This document shows, in pieces, positions 1 to 8,185 of a stretch of DNA of 64,000 nt. The notes below the pieces were generated by a model that was not told the DNA's origin, did not search any database, and saw only the letters and a list, made by a program, of their open reading frames with translations. The translations under genes and the position numbers were made by a program. The stretch's first letter is position 1. Each line of letters opens with the position of its first letter. Origin of the DNA: a virus; the IMG/VR virus record IMGVR_UViG_3300025015_000010, positions 1-64,000 of that record, one strand, 5' to 3'.

Positions 1-495
1 GACGCTGGCTGCGCTGAGCGCTGATCAGAATGACCTTGTGCGGTACTGGGTTGCACGGAATCCTAACACGCCTAGTGAGACGCTGGCTGCGCTGAGCGCT
101 GATCAGAATGCTGGTGTGCGACGGGGTGTTGCAAAGAATCCTAACACGCCTAGTGAGACGCTGGCTGCGCTGAGCGCTGATCAGAATGACCTTGTGCGGT
201 ACTGGGTTGCACGGAATCCTAACACGCCTAGTGAGACGCTGGCTGCGCTGAGCGCTGATCAGAATGACCTTGTGCGGTACTGGGTTGCACGGAATCCTAA
301 CACGCCTAGTGAGACGCTGGCTGCGCTGAGCGCTGATCAGAATGTTAGCGTGCGGTACCAGGTTGCAGGGAATCCTAACACGCCTGCGAAGGTACTGGCT
401 GTACTGAGCACTGATCAGGATGTTAGCGTGCGGTACCAGGTTGCAGGGAATCCTAACACGCCTGCGAAGGTACTGGCTGCACTGAGCACTGATAA
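1..495 (+). repeat. 78-bp tandem repeat, about 6 copies, encoding the LRV units
   Basis: gacgctggctgcgctgagcgctgatcagaat recurs at 1, 79, 157, 235 and 313; later units are more diverged. Confidence 0.95.
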
Positions 496-547
496 GGATA
501 CGCATATACGAAAATCAGCAAAGAATAATATCAATGCTCCTAGCTGA
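1..547 (+). CDS. Leucine-rich-repeat variant (LRV/HEAT-like) repeat protein, 5'-truncated by the window edge
   Basis: 26-aa repeats VR..VA.NPNTP...LA.LS.D; the frame is open from position 1. Confidence 0.8.
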   Translation, partial: TLAALSADQNDLVRYWVARNPNTPSETLAALSADQNAGVRRGVAKNPNTPSETLAALSADQNDLVRYWVARNPNTPSETLAALSADQNDLVRYWVARNPNTPSETLAALSADQNVSVRYQVAGNPNTPAKVLAVLSTDQDVSVRYQVAGNPNTPAKVLAALSTDKDTHIRKSAKNNINAPS

Positions 548-1097
548 CATCGATCAAAAAATCAGACTATGTGCCAAATGCTCACTATGTAATTCGAAGA
601 AAAATTATGTGCCAGGCTGTGGACCACAAAATGCTAAAGTGTTTTTTGTTTCTGATGCACCGAAGCCTGCTGACGACAACTCAGGTGTCCCTATGTCAGG
701 CGACCAAGGTGCCCTGTTTGACAGTTACTTAGACTTCCTGGGACTGTGCTCTGAAGATGTATTTATTACTCAGGCAGTCAAATGCCGGGCTCCTAAGGAC
801 CGTAAACCGAAGAAAAAAGAAATTGGTGCATGCTTACCTTATTTCTATCAGCAGATCGAGTCCATTAAACCAAGGCTAGTAATTATTCTCGGCGAACTAG
901 CGTTCAATTCTATTTTTACAGACTGCACTTTTGCAAAGTGTCGAGGAGACTTACTGACTAAACACCAAGTTAACTATACAAGTACCTACCATCCAGGTCA
1001 CGCTTTAAGAGTGCCGACTGTGAAAATTGATATTGTAGATGATTTGAAACGCATACGTGAATATTTAGTGCAACTCGGTGTAAATACTAGTGCCTAA
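534..1097 (+). CDS. Uracil-DNA glycosylase family 4-like (Fe-S)
   Basis: CxxCxLC, VPGCG, VKCR.P and TYHP motifs. Confidence 0.85.
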   Translation: MLLADIDQKIRLCAKCSLCNSKKNYVPGCGPQNAKVFFVSDAPKPADDNSGVPMSGDQGALFDSYLDFLGLCSEDVFITQAVKCRAPKDRKPKKKEIGACLPYFYQQIESIKPRLVIILGELAFNSIFTDCTFAKCRGDLLTKHQVNYTSTYHPGHALRVPTVKIDIVDDLKRIREYLVQLGVNTSA

Positions 1098-1348
1098 AGA
1101 CTGGATCAAACCTTCAAATGCTATTGCGGGCATGGGTGGACACTCCAGAGCATCCAATGGACTAAAAAACGAGTGGTTAACGCCACCAGACTTGATCAAA
1201 AAACTGGGGACATTTGATCTAGACCCATGTGCTTGTGCGGAGCCGAGACCGTGGTCTACAGCACTAAATCACATGCCTACCGGGTTGACGCCCCTTACTA
1301 CTATGGGTAGTATGTCCTTCCTACCATTTTTAGGAGGACGAGTGCGCC

Positions 1349-1822
1349 ATGGAAAACAAGGGTCAAAATACTCATTTGCCTGCTCCGCAGGCGGTATCGG
1401 AACCGCAGCAATCCGACAAAGTAGACTGGCCCGAAGTGGCTTTAACTGTGTTTACTAATAAAGACTTTTTGGTCACGGCCGAGAAAATTGCCGGTGATAT
1501 GACACATGCGTGGAATGAACGTGCAGGAGAACGCTTGGCGCTCGAAAAAGAGAGACTAGATCACACAAAGTCGGTAGAAAATGCTCGGCTAGAACATGAC
1601 AGAGACAAAACAACAAGACAACTAGACCACGATAAGGATAAGACCACCAAGTGGTACAGAATCACACTGTCGTTCATGTTGGGTCGATTCGCATTAGCCG
1701 GTGCGTCCTTGGCCGTGCTTTATGTATTTGCTACTGCGAATGTTCTATCAAAAGAGGTTATTGGCGTATTAATGACCGCAGTTATAGGCTCCTTGTTTAT
1801 TCCTCCGAGTAAAAATGACTAA
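1349..1822 (+). CDS. IS passenger protein: charged coiled coil plus two C-terminal TM helices
   Basis: SD aggagg upstream; L(E/D)HD(R/K)DKTT repeats; hydrophobic C-terminus. Confidence 0.75.
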   Translation: MENKGQNTHLPAPQAVSEPQQSDKVDWPEVALTVFTNKDFLVTAEKIAGDMTHAWNERAGERLALEKERLDHTKSVENARLEHDRDKTTRQLDHDKDKTTKWYRITLSFMLGRFALAGASLAVLYVFATANVLSKEVIGVLMTAVIGSLFIPPSKND

Positions 1823-2786
1823 ATCTCCGATTTATCCTTCTTCAATTCTTGAGTTTCAAGGCATGTTTCCTGATGATTCTGCATGTCTTGACTATCTGTT
1901 TCAACTCCGTTGGCCCGAAGGCTTTACGTGTCCATTCTGTGGCTTCACAGGAGACCCTTGGTACATGGATAAACGTCCTACTTTGCTTAGGTGCCCTTCA
2001 TGTCATAAAGACGTATCTTTGACCGCTGGAACGATCATGCATCGCACGAAGGTTTCCCTTCTCAAGTGGTTCTGGGGCGCGTACTTAGTTACATCGGAGA
2101 CTCCGGGTATGTCAGCGGTGCAATTCGCCAGACAGCTTGGAATTAAGTGCCATGAAACCGCATACATGATGCTTCAGAAGTTGCGGGCCGCTATGGTTCG
2201 TCCTGACCGTGAAATGATCGGCGGCGAATGGTCAGTTCAGATAGACGAAACCTTTATCGGTGGACGTGTGCGCAAGGGTAAGGGACGGCACGAAGGCGTC
2301 ACCGTAGTGGGCGCTGTTGAAATACGTGCCGATAGCAACGGTGACACCTATGCGGGGCGTGTGCGGCTCCAGGTCGTTCCGGCGGCTTGGCAGGAAGTCT
2401 TGGATCAGTTCGTTCTTGAGAACATATTACCTGGCACCAAAATAACGACCGACGGGAGCCAGGGTTATGACCACCTGACAGAAATGGGCTACAAGCACCG
2501 TCAAATCACTATGGATGGCGATCCGGTGAAGCTGGACAAGTATTTGCCCATGATTCACATCGTATTCTCGAACCTGAAAGCCTGGCTACTTGGGACATTT
2601 CACGGAGTGAGTCCAAAGCACCTTCCAGCCTACCTCAATGAGTTTGTGTTCCGGTTCAATCGACGTTTTTATCCGATGTCGGCGTTTAACTCAGTGCTAG
2701 GCATAGGGATGCAGGTCGAAGGGCCGAGTTACGATGGTCTGTATAAGGGCACTTGGACTCACCCGACTTTAGGTGAAGTGGGATGA
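1815..2786 (+). CDS. IS1595 (ISXO2-like) DDE transposase with N-terminal Zn ribbon
   Basis: RWPEGFTCPFC..CPSC, QIDETFIGG, ITTDG, HGVSPKHLPAYLNEFVFRFNRR. Confidence 0.95.
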   Translation: MTKSPIYPSSILEFQGMFPDDSACLDYLFQLRWPEGFTCPFCGFTGDPWYMDKRPTLLRCPSCHKDVSLTAGTIMHRTKVSLLKWFWGAYLVTSETPGMSAVQFARQLGIKCHETAYMMLQKLRAAMVRPDREMIGGEWSVQIDETFIGGRVRKGKGRHEGVTVVGAVEIRADSNGDTYAGRVRLQVVPAAWQEVLDQFVLENILPGTKITTDGSQGYDHLTEMGYKHRQITMDGDPVKLDKYLPMIHIVFSNLKAWLLGTFHGVSPKHLPAYLNEFVFRFNRRFYPMSAFNSVLGIGMQVEGPSYDGLYKGTWTHPTLGEVG

Positions 2787-3265
2787 CACTAGATACGGTG
2801 GGTAGGGGTCTTAACCCGGTAGGCATGCTAAATCATTACTCATTACCAGACCAAGATGGCTTAAATTTACCGTGGTTAGGCCGAGTGTGGATGAATCCGC
2901 CCTACGGAACGAACACAGGCACCTGGCTACAAAAACTATCTGATCATAATCACGGGACGTGCCTAATCTTTGCACGAACAGAAACAAAAATGTTTCAACA
3001 GTGGATATGGGACAAAGCTACTGCCATATTATTTATATATAACAGGCTGTACTTCTATCATAACAACGGTATGCGCGGGGAAACAAACAGTGGTGCTCCG
3101 TCTTGCTTAGTAGCCTATGGATTAGACGACGCCAATAGGCTAGAAAACAGCGGGATCGAGGGGAAATTTCTTAGGCTGAAAATTGAACTTTGGTGAGGGA
3201 AAGCCACCTGTGGAACTAGACTTGACGACTCGGAGAGACGAGCATTTTGACCCAAATGGAGACAC

Positions 3266-3493
3266 ATGGATAAAATTGCAAATATACTAGGCTCGATTAT
3301 GATTTTTATACTTGGATTCTTTTGGTGGCTTTTGCTCCCAAGAAGCATGCTGGGTGTCATTCTTGGATGCATACTCATACCACAAAGTGGACCAGATAAT
3401 TGGCTCGTGGCCTGGGTATTTTTTATAATAATGACTGTGGGTGGTCTCATTACTGATATAAATACACTATTCAATAGCGAAAGAAACAGTTAA
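3266..3493 (+). CDS. Small membrane protein
   Basis: Hydrophobic 75-aa ORF coupled to the next gene (TAATG). Confidence 0.55.
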   Translation: MDKIANILGSIMIFILGFFWWLLLPRSMLGVILGCILIPQSGPDNWLVAWVFFIIMTVGGLITDINTLFNSERNS

Positions 3494-4329
3494 TGGATCT
3501 CTCAGTATCGAAAATTGACGTCTACGGTTGTCCCAAGCGTTACAAACTGCGCCACGTGGACAAAATTGCTGAAAAGAAGCACGCTTACATGCTTTGCGGA
3601 GACTCTATTCACAAAGCTATGGAGGCTGGTGCCAAAGGCGAAGATCCTATCAAGGCATTCGCTGACTACATCGACAAAAATGAGGATAATTTCAAGACAT
3701 GCACATGGGCAGATAGGGCACCGCGCAATGATCTAAAAGTATGGGTTGATTATGCTACTTGGGCGCTGCAAAGCTACTTCATCTCCTGTGAGCCACACGT
3801 CCCACTACTACAGTGGGGTGAACCCTATGTTGAAAAGTATGAACGAGTCAAAGTTGATGGCTTGGATGTTATTGCGCTCAAAATCGACTTGGTAACACAG
3901 GATGATGTAATTGTGGATTACAAAACGGCGGGTAAATCGCTGAGCAAGAAAGATATTGAAGACTACCAAACCTCCTTTCAAACCAGGCTATATAGCTGGG
4001 CATTTGAACAGATACACGGCCGCCCGCCGCGAGGTACGATGTATGATTTCTTCATTCTGAATAAAACGCCTAAGTTCGACCGTACTCCAGTGTTACCTCA
4101 CAATCCTGCCGATATGCCTCTCGTTGAATCTATGATTAAAGAATACTTTCAGAATATCTACTGGAATCACCAAACTAGCATTTGGCCACGCGATTTCAGT
4201 CACTGCTTTGATTTTGGAAAAAAGTGTGATTTGTGGAATCATTGTCATGCACCTACAGAAGCGGAGGGATTAGCAGTACAAGTAGAAATTATCTCAGGGA
4301 ACAATAGTAAAATGTCTGAACTCTGGTGA
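3493..4329 (+). CDS. PD-(D/E)XK nuclease (RecB/Cas4-like, Fe-S Cys)
   Basis: CPKRY, KIDL, IVDYKT, Q..LY and a C-terminal C..C..C. Confidence 0.85.
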   Translation: MDLSVSKIDVYGCPKRYKLRHVDKIAEKKHAYMLCGDSIHKAMEAGAKGEDPIKAFADYIDKNEDNFKTCTWADRAPRNDLKVWVDYATWALQSYFISCEPHVPLLQWGEPYVEKYERVKVDGLDVIALKIDLVTQDDVIVDYKTAGKSLSKKDIEDYQTSFQTRLYSWAFEQIHGRPPRGTMYDFFILNKTPKFDRTPVLPHNPADMPLVESMIKEYFQNIYWNHQTSIWPRDFSHCFDFGKKCDLWNHCHAPTEAEGLAVQVEIISGNNSKMSELW

Positions 4330-4337
4330 GGTGAAAA

Positions 4338-4574
4338 ATGAGGCTGCGCGATCTGTATAAGTTGAAGCTAGGAACAAAACTTCGAGTGAAGTTATCAAAA
4401 GCCGAGCCTGATGCTGGACTTGGTGACTGGCATAACAAAATCGTTTATTTGGCTGCTAATGCTCTAGCATACTCTGGCTGGACTACATTCAAGACTAGAT
4501 CCAGCAAGAAAGTTACGGGTAGTACCATTTATGAACATTTCTATCCAAAGGAACTCTCCCTGGTAAAGGACTAA
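4338..4574 (+). CDS. Small basic protein, tandem paralogue 1
   Basis: MR.RDL..L..GTK...ELSLVKD. Confidence 0.8.
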   Translation: MRLRDLYKLKLGTKLRVKLSKAEPDAGLGDWHNKIVYLAANALAYSGWTTFKTRSSKKVTGSTIYEHFYPKELSLVKD

Positions 4575-4577
4575 TCT

Positions 4578-4826
4578 ATGAGAACACGCGATCTGAAAAA
4601 ACTGGAGCCTGGCACAAAAGTTAAAGTCACATTAACCAAAAGATGCCTGGAGGATGCACCTTACTTAAGGATTTGGACTAAGAGACCTGTCTACTTCCAC
4701 AAACAGCAACAATCGTGGATTGGCAATGTACCTGGCTGGTTTGATTTAAGATTGAATAAAAAATTAACTGCGTCTATAAGGATTGAACCTTTCAGTGCAA
4801 AAGAAATATCACTAGTGGAGAAATAG
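4578..4826 (+). CDS. Small basic protein, tandem paralogue 2
   Basis: MRTRDL..LEPGTK...EISLVEK. Confidence 0.8.
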   Translation: MRTRDLKKLEPGTKVKVTLTKRCLEDAPYLRIWTKRPVYFHKQQQSWIGNVPGWFDLRLNKKLTASIRIEPFSAKEISLVEK

Positions 4827-4829
4827 TCC

Positions 4830-5054
4830 GTGAGAGCACGCGATATGCATCGACTAAAGCACGGAACAAAACTAAAAGTCAAACTGCTACCCTGGCTAGG
4901 AATTATTAGGGATTTGTCGTGGAACGGAAAAACTGTATATCCACACGGCCTAGGTGGTTCAAACTGGGAATGTTTTCGATCTAGTAAACGTGTAAGAAAC
5001 ACTACTAAGTATGTATATTTACGTGCAAAAGAAATCTCCCTGGTAAAGGACTAA
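4830..5054 (+). CDS. Small basic protein, tandem paralogue 3
   Basis: MRARDM..LKHGTK...EISLVKD. Confidence 0.8.
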   Translation: MRARDMHRLKHGTKLKVKLLPWLGIIRDLSWNGKTVYPHGLGGSNWECFRSSKRVRNTTKYVYLRAKEISLVKD

Positions 5055-5057
5055 GCT

Positions 5058-5279
5058 ATGAGAACACGCGATACGCATCGACTAAAGCCGGGTACAAAAG
5101 TCAGACTCACTGGCAAAAAACTAATGACCGTGCCTTATTTGAAATTTTGGGCTAACAGAGACTTATATGTGCATGTAACAGGCCCTGGTGGAGCTTGTTT
5201 AAGAACAAGCAAGCAAGTGTGCAATAGCACAAGCTATTGCTTTTGCTTCCCGCGTGAAATCTCACTAATAAAGGACTAA
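5058..5279 (+). CDS. Small basic protein, tandem paralogue 4
   Basis: MRTRDT..LKPGTK...EISLIKD. Confidence 0.8.
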   Translation: MRTRDTHRLKPGTKVRLTGKKLMTVPYLKFWANRDLYVHVTGPGGACLRTSKQVCNSTSYCFCFPREISLIKD

Positions 5280-5282
5280 TTC

Positions 5283-5510
5283 ATGAGAACACGAGAACTA
5301 CTACGTCTTGAACCGGGTAGCAAGGTAAGACTCACCAAAAAAGTAAAGCCACACCTACAAAATTACTGGAAGAATCGAACAATCTATGTAGACGGTGTTT
5401 TTAATGTCAGCATTCCTGGTGCTAAAATTCGATCTAGCAAACGAAAAACACCCACAACTAACTATGAATTTTTCTACCCACACGAGATCCAACTAGTGAA
5501 GGGACAATAA
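5283..5510 (+). CDS. Small basic protein, tandem paralogue 5
   Basis: MRTREL..LEPGSK...EIQLVKG. Confidence 0.8.
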   Translation: MRTRELLRLEPGSKVRLTKKVKPHLQNYWKNRTIYVDGVFNVSIPGAKIRSSKRKTPTTNYEFFYPHEIQLVKGQ

Positions 5511-6683
5511 ATGGCTTACGACCTAGTACCCATTAAACCCGGCAGTGAAGCTTACAAGATTGCTCAAAGCATGGACTTGAAGCCTGAAGAAGGCGAATGT
5601 GGAATCATGTATAATCGATTCTATGTTACCAAGAAGGGATATATATCCAAAGCACAGAAGCGCGGGGCAAAGCGAATCGTCACAGAACTCGTGGAACAAT
5701 TCTGTGATATGAGCTTAAACCGTTGGGTGGTCAAAACTACTGTTGAAACTCAGGAAGGGCACATTCGAACTGGATATGCCAAATCAGAGTCTAAAACGGT
5801 CACGGGGGCTATTTACGGTCCTATGGCCAAAGGCGCTGGTTTGAATGAGTCCAACAGTGACAAAATTCGAGACAAGGTATTAGAAACGGCTGAAACTCAC
5901 TCCATTCGTCGGGCGCTAGAAAATGCTTATCCCGATTTAATAATTATCAACGGTGACGACAATATTGGCAACGAAGATATTGTTGTCACAGACATCACTG
6001 AGAAGGATTCAACAGTAGTGTCTACTGTTGGAACGAGTGAAAATTTATCAACTAAGGACGCGGATAATGATGCTAAAAAAATCCGCAATACAAAAAAGCG
6101 TAAAGAAGCACTGGCCAAACTTCAAACATTATCATCAGATGACCAAACTGCCTTAGTTGCCAACTTACTTAAAAACGCAAATGTTGGTACTCTTGACTTC
6201 GTGACTACTGAAGATATTGAACAGGGTATTGGCGCTTATACACAGCCTGAGACTGCGCCGACTGATAGTTCACGAGAGGCATTAGAAACTAGCTTTTGGG
6301 AATTAGCAGCCAAAATCGAGGACAAGGCGGCACTCAGAGAATCTCTAACAAGCCACTATTCTACTGACGATGTTACCAAGCTGACAGTCGAGCAGTTGAC
6401 TGAAACACTTGGTCACCTGACCACAGTTATAAATAATCTGGTACAAGAGGTGCCAGCAGAACAGGCGGTCGTTCCTGTGCCAGTAGCTAGAGCGGTCAGC
6501 GACCGTGTGCTGTGGACGCAAGATAAATTTGCAAAAGGCGTGATCATGGATACTCTGAAGAAACTATCTGCGCAAGCCACGGGTACAGCATTAGGGAAGC
6601 CTTTGGACCAAATGACAGAATCTGAATGGATTACCTACCAAGGGCTGGTTGAAAACAGCATGCTGGCTCCAACAACTGCCTAG
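5511..6683 (+). CDS. Putative single-strand annealing/recombination protein
   Basis: ETAETHSIRRAL motif reminiscent of Rad52/ERF-like annealases; lies between an exonuclease and an SSB-like gene. Confidence 0.4.
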   Translation: MAYDLVPIKPGSEAYKIAQSMDLKPEEGECGIMYNRFYVTKKGYISKAQKRGAKRIVTELVEQFCDMSLNRWVVKTTVETQEGHIRTGYAKSESKTVTGAIYGPMAKGAGLNESNSDKIRDKVLETAETHSIRRALENAYPDLIIINGDDNIGNEDIVVTDITEKDSTVVSTVGTSENLSTKDADNDAKKIRNTKKRKEALAKLQTLSSDDQTALVANLLKNANVGTLDFVTTEDIEQGIGAYTQPETAPTDSSREALETSFWELAAKIEDKAALRESLTSHYSTDDVTKLTVEQLTETLGHLTTVINNLVQEVPAEQAVVPVPVARAVSDRVLWTQDKFAKGVIMDTLKKLSAQATGTALGKPLDQMTESEWITYQGLVENSMLAPTTA

Positions 6684-6694
6684 TAGAGGAAATT

Positions 6695-6976
6695 ATGCAA
6701 TTAGCTGAATTTCGTAAGGAATATACATATAGACTTGGATTACCACCTATCAGAACTCGAATATTAAATGAACTGAAAGGACAGGTATTATCTGGAGATA
6801 ACCTTAGGAAAATCACACGAAAAGATCCGTGTGAAAATATAGCATTAGCCATAAAAAATCTTGTGGCTGAAAAAATATTATTAGAAATGCACGTGGCTGA
6901 AACCCTTGCTTGTAACATGACGCATATTGTAGAATACTATGCTCTTGCCGAAGATGTCATTCCTCAAATTATCTAA
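6695..6976 (+). CDS. Hypothetical protein
   Basis: SD gagg; tightly packed ORF. Confidence 0.6.
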   Translation: MQLAEFRKEYTYRLGLPPIRTRILNELKGQVLSGDNLRKITRKDPCENIALAIKNLVAEKILLEMHVAETLACNMTHIVEYYALAEDVIPQII

Positions 6977-7720
6977 ATGTCAAACCCACTAACTAGAAAA
7001 CGACTTGGCCCTGTAGCAGGTCCGTGTGGCGAATGCCCGGCAGGTATTCGTGAGCGCACAGCTAATAACCCTTTATGCATTCATCGTGTCCCTTGGGATG
7101 GAGAAATTTATTGCATCAGAAATGACAGACTAGTTTGTACAGACAAATCTATCAGAGAAGGAAAGGTAACCGAAATGGCAAAATTGAAAACAAATTTCGA
7201 CGCAGTTCCAGATCAGCAGCAATGGAGAGTGTTAGAACAGGGTGTCTATATTTTCGAAGTTACATCTGTAGACGATTCCAACTTTACCAAAGATGGTGAA
7301 CCACTAATTCATGCCGAACTAACATTCACCCACAAAGTAGACACAGCTACCAAAAAGGCAGCCCCGCTCGTTGGAGCGCCTGCCACTCTAAGGAAGCGCA
7401 TCTCGGATGAAGCCAACATTGCTGGCTTGGTAAAGCGATTCTTGGTAGGTATCAACGTATCTGGGCAGAATGTTGACTCGGCTGATTGGAAGGGACGTAG
7501 GGGTATTGCAGACGTCGCTCCTGGCAGTTATACATCCAAGTCTACAGGTAACCCTATTTCTTGCAACCAGGATAAGAACATTTACCCCTATGAAAAATAC
7601 CTAGAAGTCCTATCAGCAAATGGCGGAAGCTTACCTACGACCCCTCAGGCCGCGCCTGTACAAAGTGCTGTAGCGGCTTCTGCTGTGCCTGTCACGGCAT
7701 CTGCTAAGAAGTTGTGGTAA
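6977..7720 (+). CDS. Putative ssDNA-binding protein (DUF669-like OB fold); strong internal start at 7175
   Basis: LEQGVYIFEVTSVD and WKGRRG pattern, Ala/Pro-rich tail; SD aagg before ATG 7175. Confidence 0.6.
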   Translation: MSNPLTRKRLGPVAGPCGECPAGIRERTANNPLCIHRVPWDGEIYCIRNDRLVCTDKSIREGKVTEMAKLKTNFDAVPDQQQWRVLEQGVYIFEVTSVDDSNFTKDGEPLIHAELTFTHKVDTATKKAAPLVGAPATLRKRISDEANIAGLVKRFLVGINVSGQNVDSADWKGRRGIADVAPGSYTSKSTGNPISCNQDKNIYPYEKYLEVLSANGGSLPTTPQAAPVQSAVAASAVPVTASAKKLW

Positions 7721-7737
7721 GACTGTAAGTAACGAAC

Positions 7738-7777
7738 CTGGCCACGTACGTGTTTTGTATAGCATGTACGTGGCCAG
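7738..7777 (+). terminator. 15-bp stem hairpin after the SSB-like gene
   Basis: ctggccacgtacgtg pairs with catgtacgtggccag; short T-rich tail. Confidence 0.55.
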
Positions 7778-7779
7778 TG

Positions 7780-8185
7780 ATTTTGAATTAATAAGTGGTG
7801 GTCCAAAGGAATGAATTAATATGCACATAGCTAACAAACTATCAGGTGGTCCGGTATGTGGAATTAATGGATCACGGACCACCTCAGGTGAAAATAGACC
7901 AAAATTGATTAATAAACCAATTAATAACCAATTAATAGAACAGCGAACAAATAGTCTTATTAATTCTTTTTATATGGCCACGTCAAAACCTCGATTTCTG
8001 ACACAACTCCTACATATATACCTATTTACCTATATTAGTAAAACTTCCCTATATATCAATCCCTTATAGGGAATTAATGTATACGATAAATGAATCGCAT
8101 TAATACTATTAATACAGAATATTAATTGTTTATATAGGGGATTACTCTTATATAGGCAAATCACAAATACAGAAAAGAAGGCTAA
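7780..8185. other. Putative replication origin (AT-rich, iterated ATTAAT)
   Basis: 11 ATTAAT copies in 7787-8126; inverted repeat aggtggtccg/cggaccacct; directly upstream of the primase-like gene. Confidence 0.55.

Larger units (their letters stand above)
1272..2827 (+). mobile_element. IS1595-family insertion sequence (1556 bp) with a passenger gene
   Basis: 23-bp imperfect terminal IRs catgcctaccgggttgacgcccc (1272-1294) and ggggtcttaacccggtaggcatg (2805-2827); 8-bp TSD ctaaatca at 1264-1271 and 2828-2835. Confidence 0.95.
1090..3196 (+). pseudogene. Phage DNA N6-adenine methyltransferase (Dam-like) interrupted by IS1595; parts 1090-1271 and 2836-3196
   Basis: EWLTPP and FDLDPCA before the IS, VWMNPPYG and FARTET after it; removing the IS plus one TSD rejoins the frame (..ALN-H-YSLP..). 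Confidence 0.9.

Noticed and set aside
1-495. Repeats as a CRISPR array
   Set aside because: They are contiguous in-frame 78-bp coding units with no unique spacers
3493-4329. Cas4 / CRISPR-Cas locus
   Set aside because: No array or other cas genes; the context is a recombination module
7821-8069. 82-aa ORF
   Set aside because: Low-complexity translation of the AT-rich origin-like DNA
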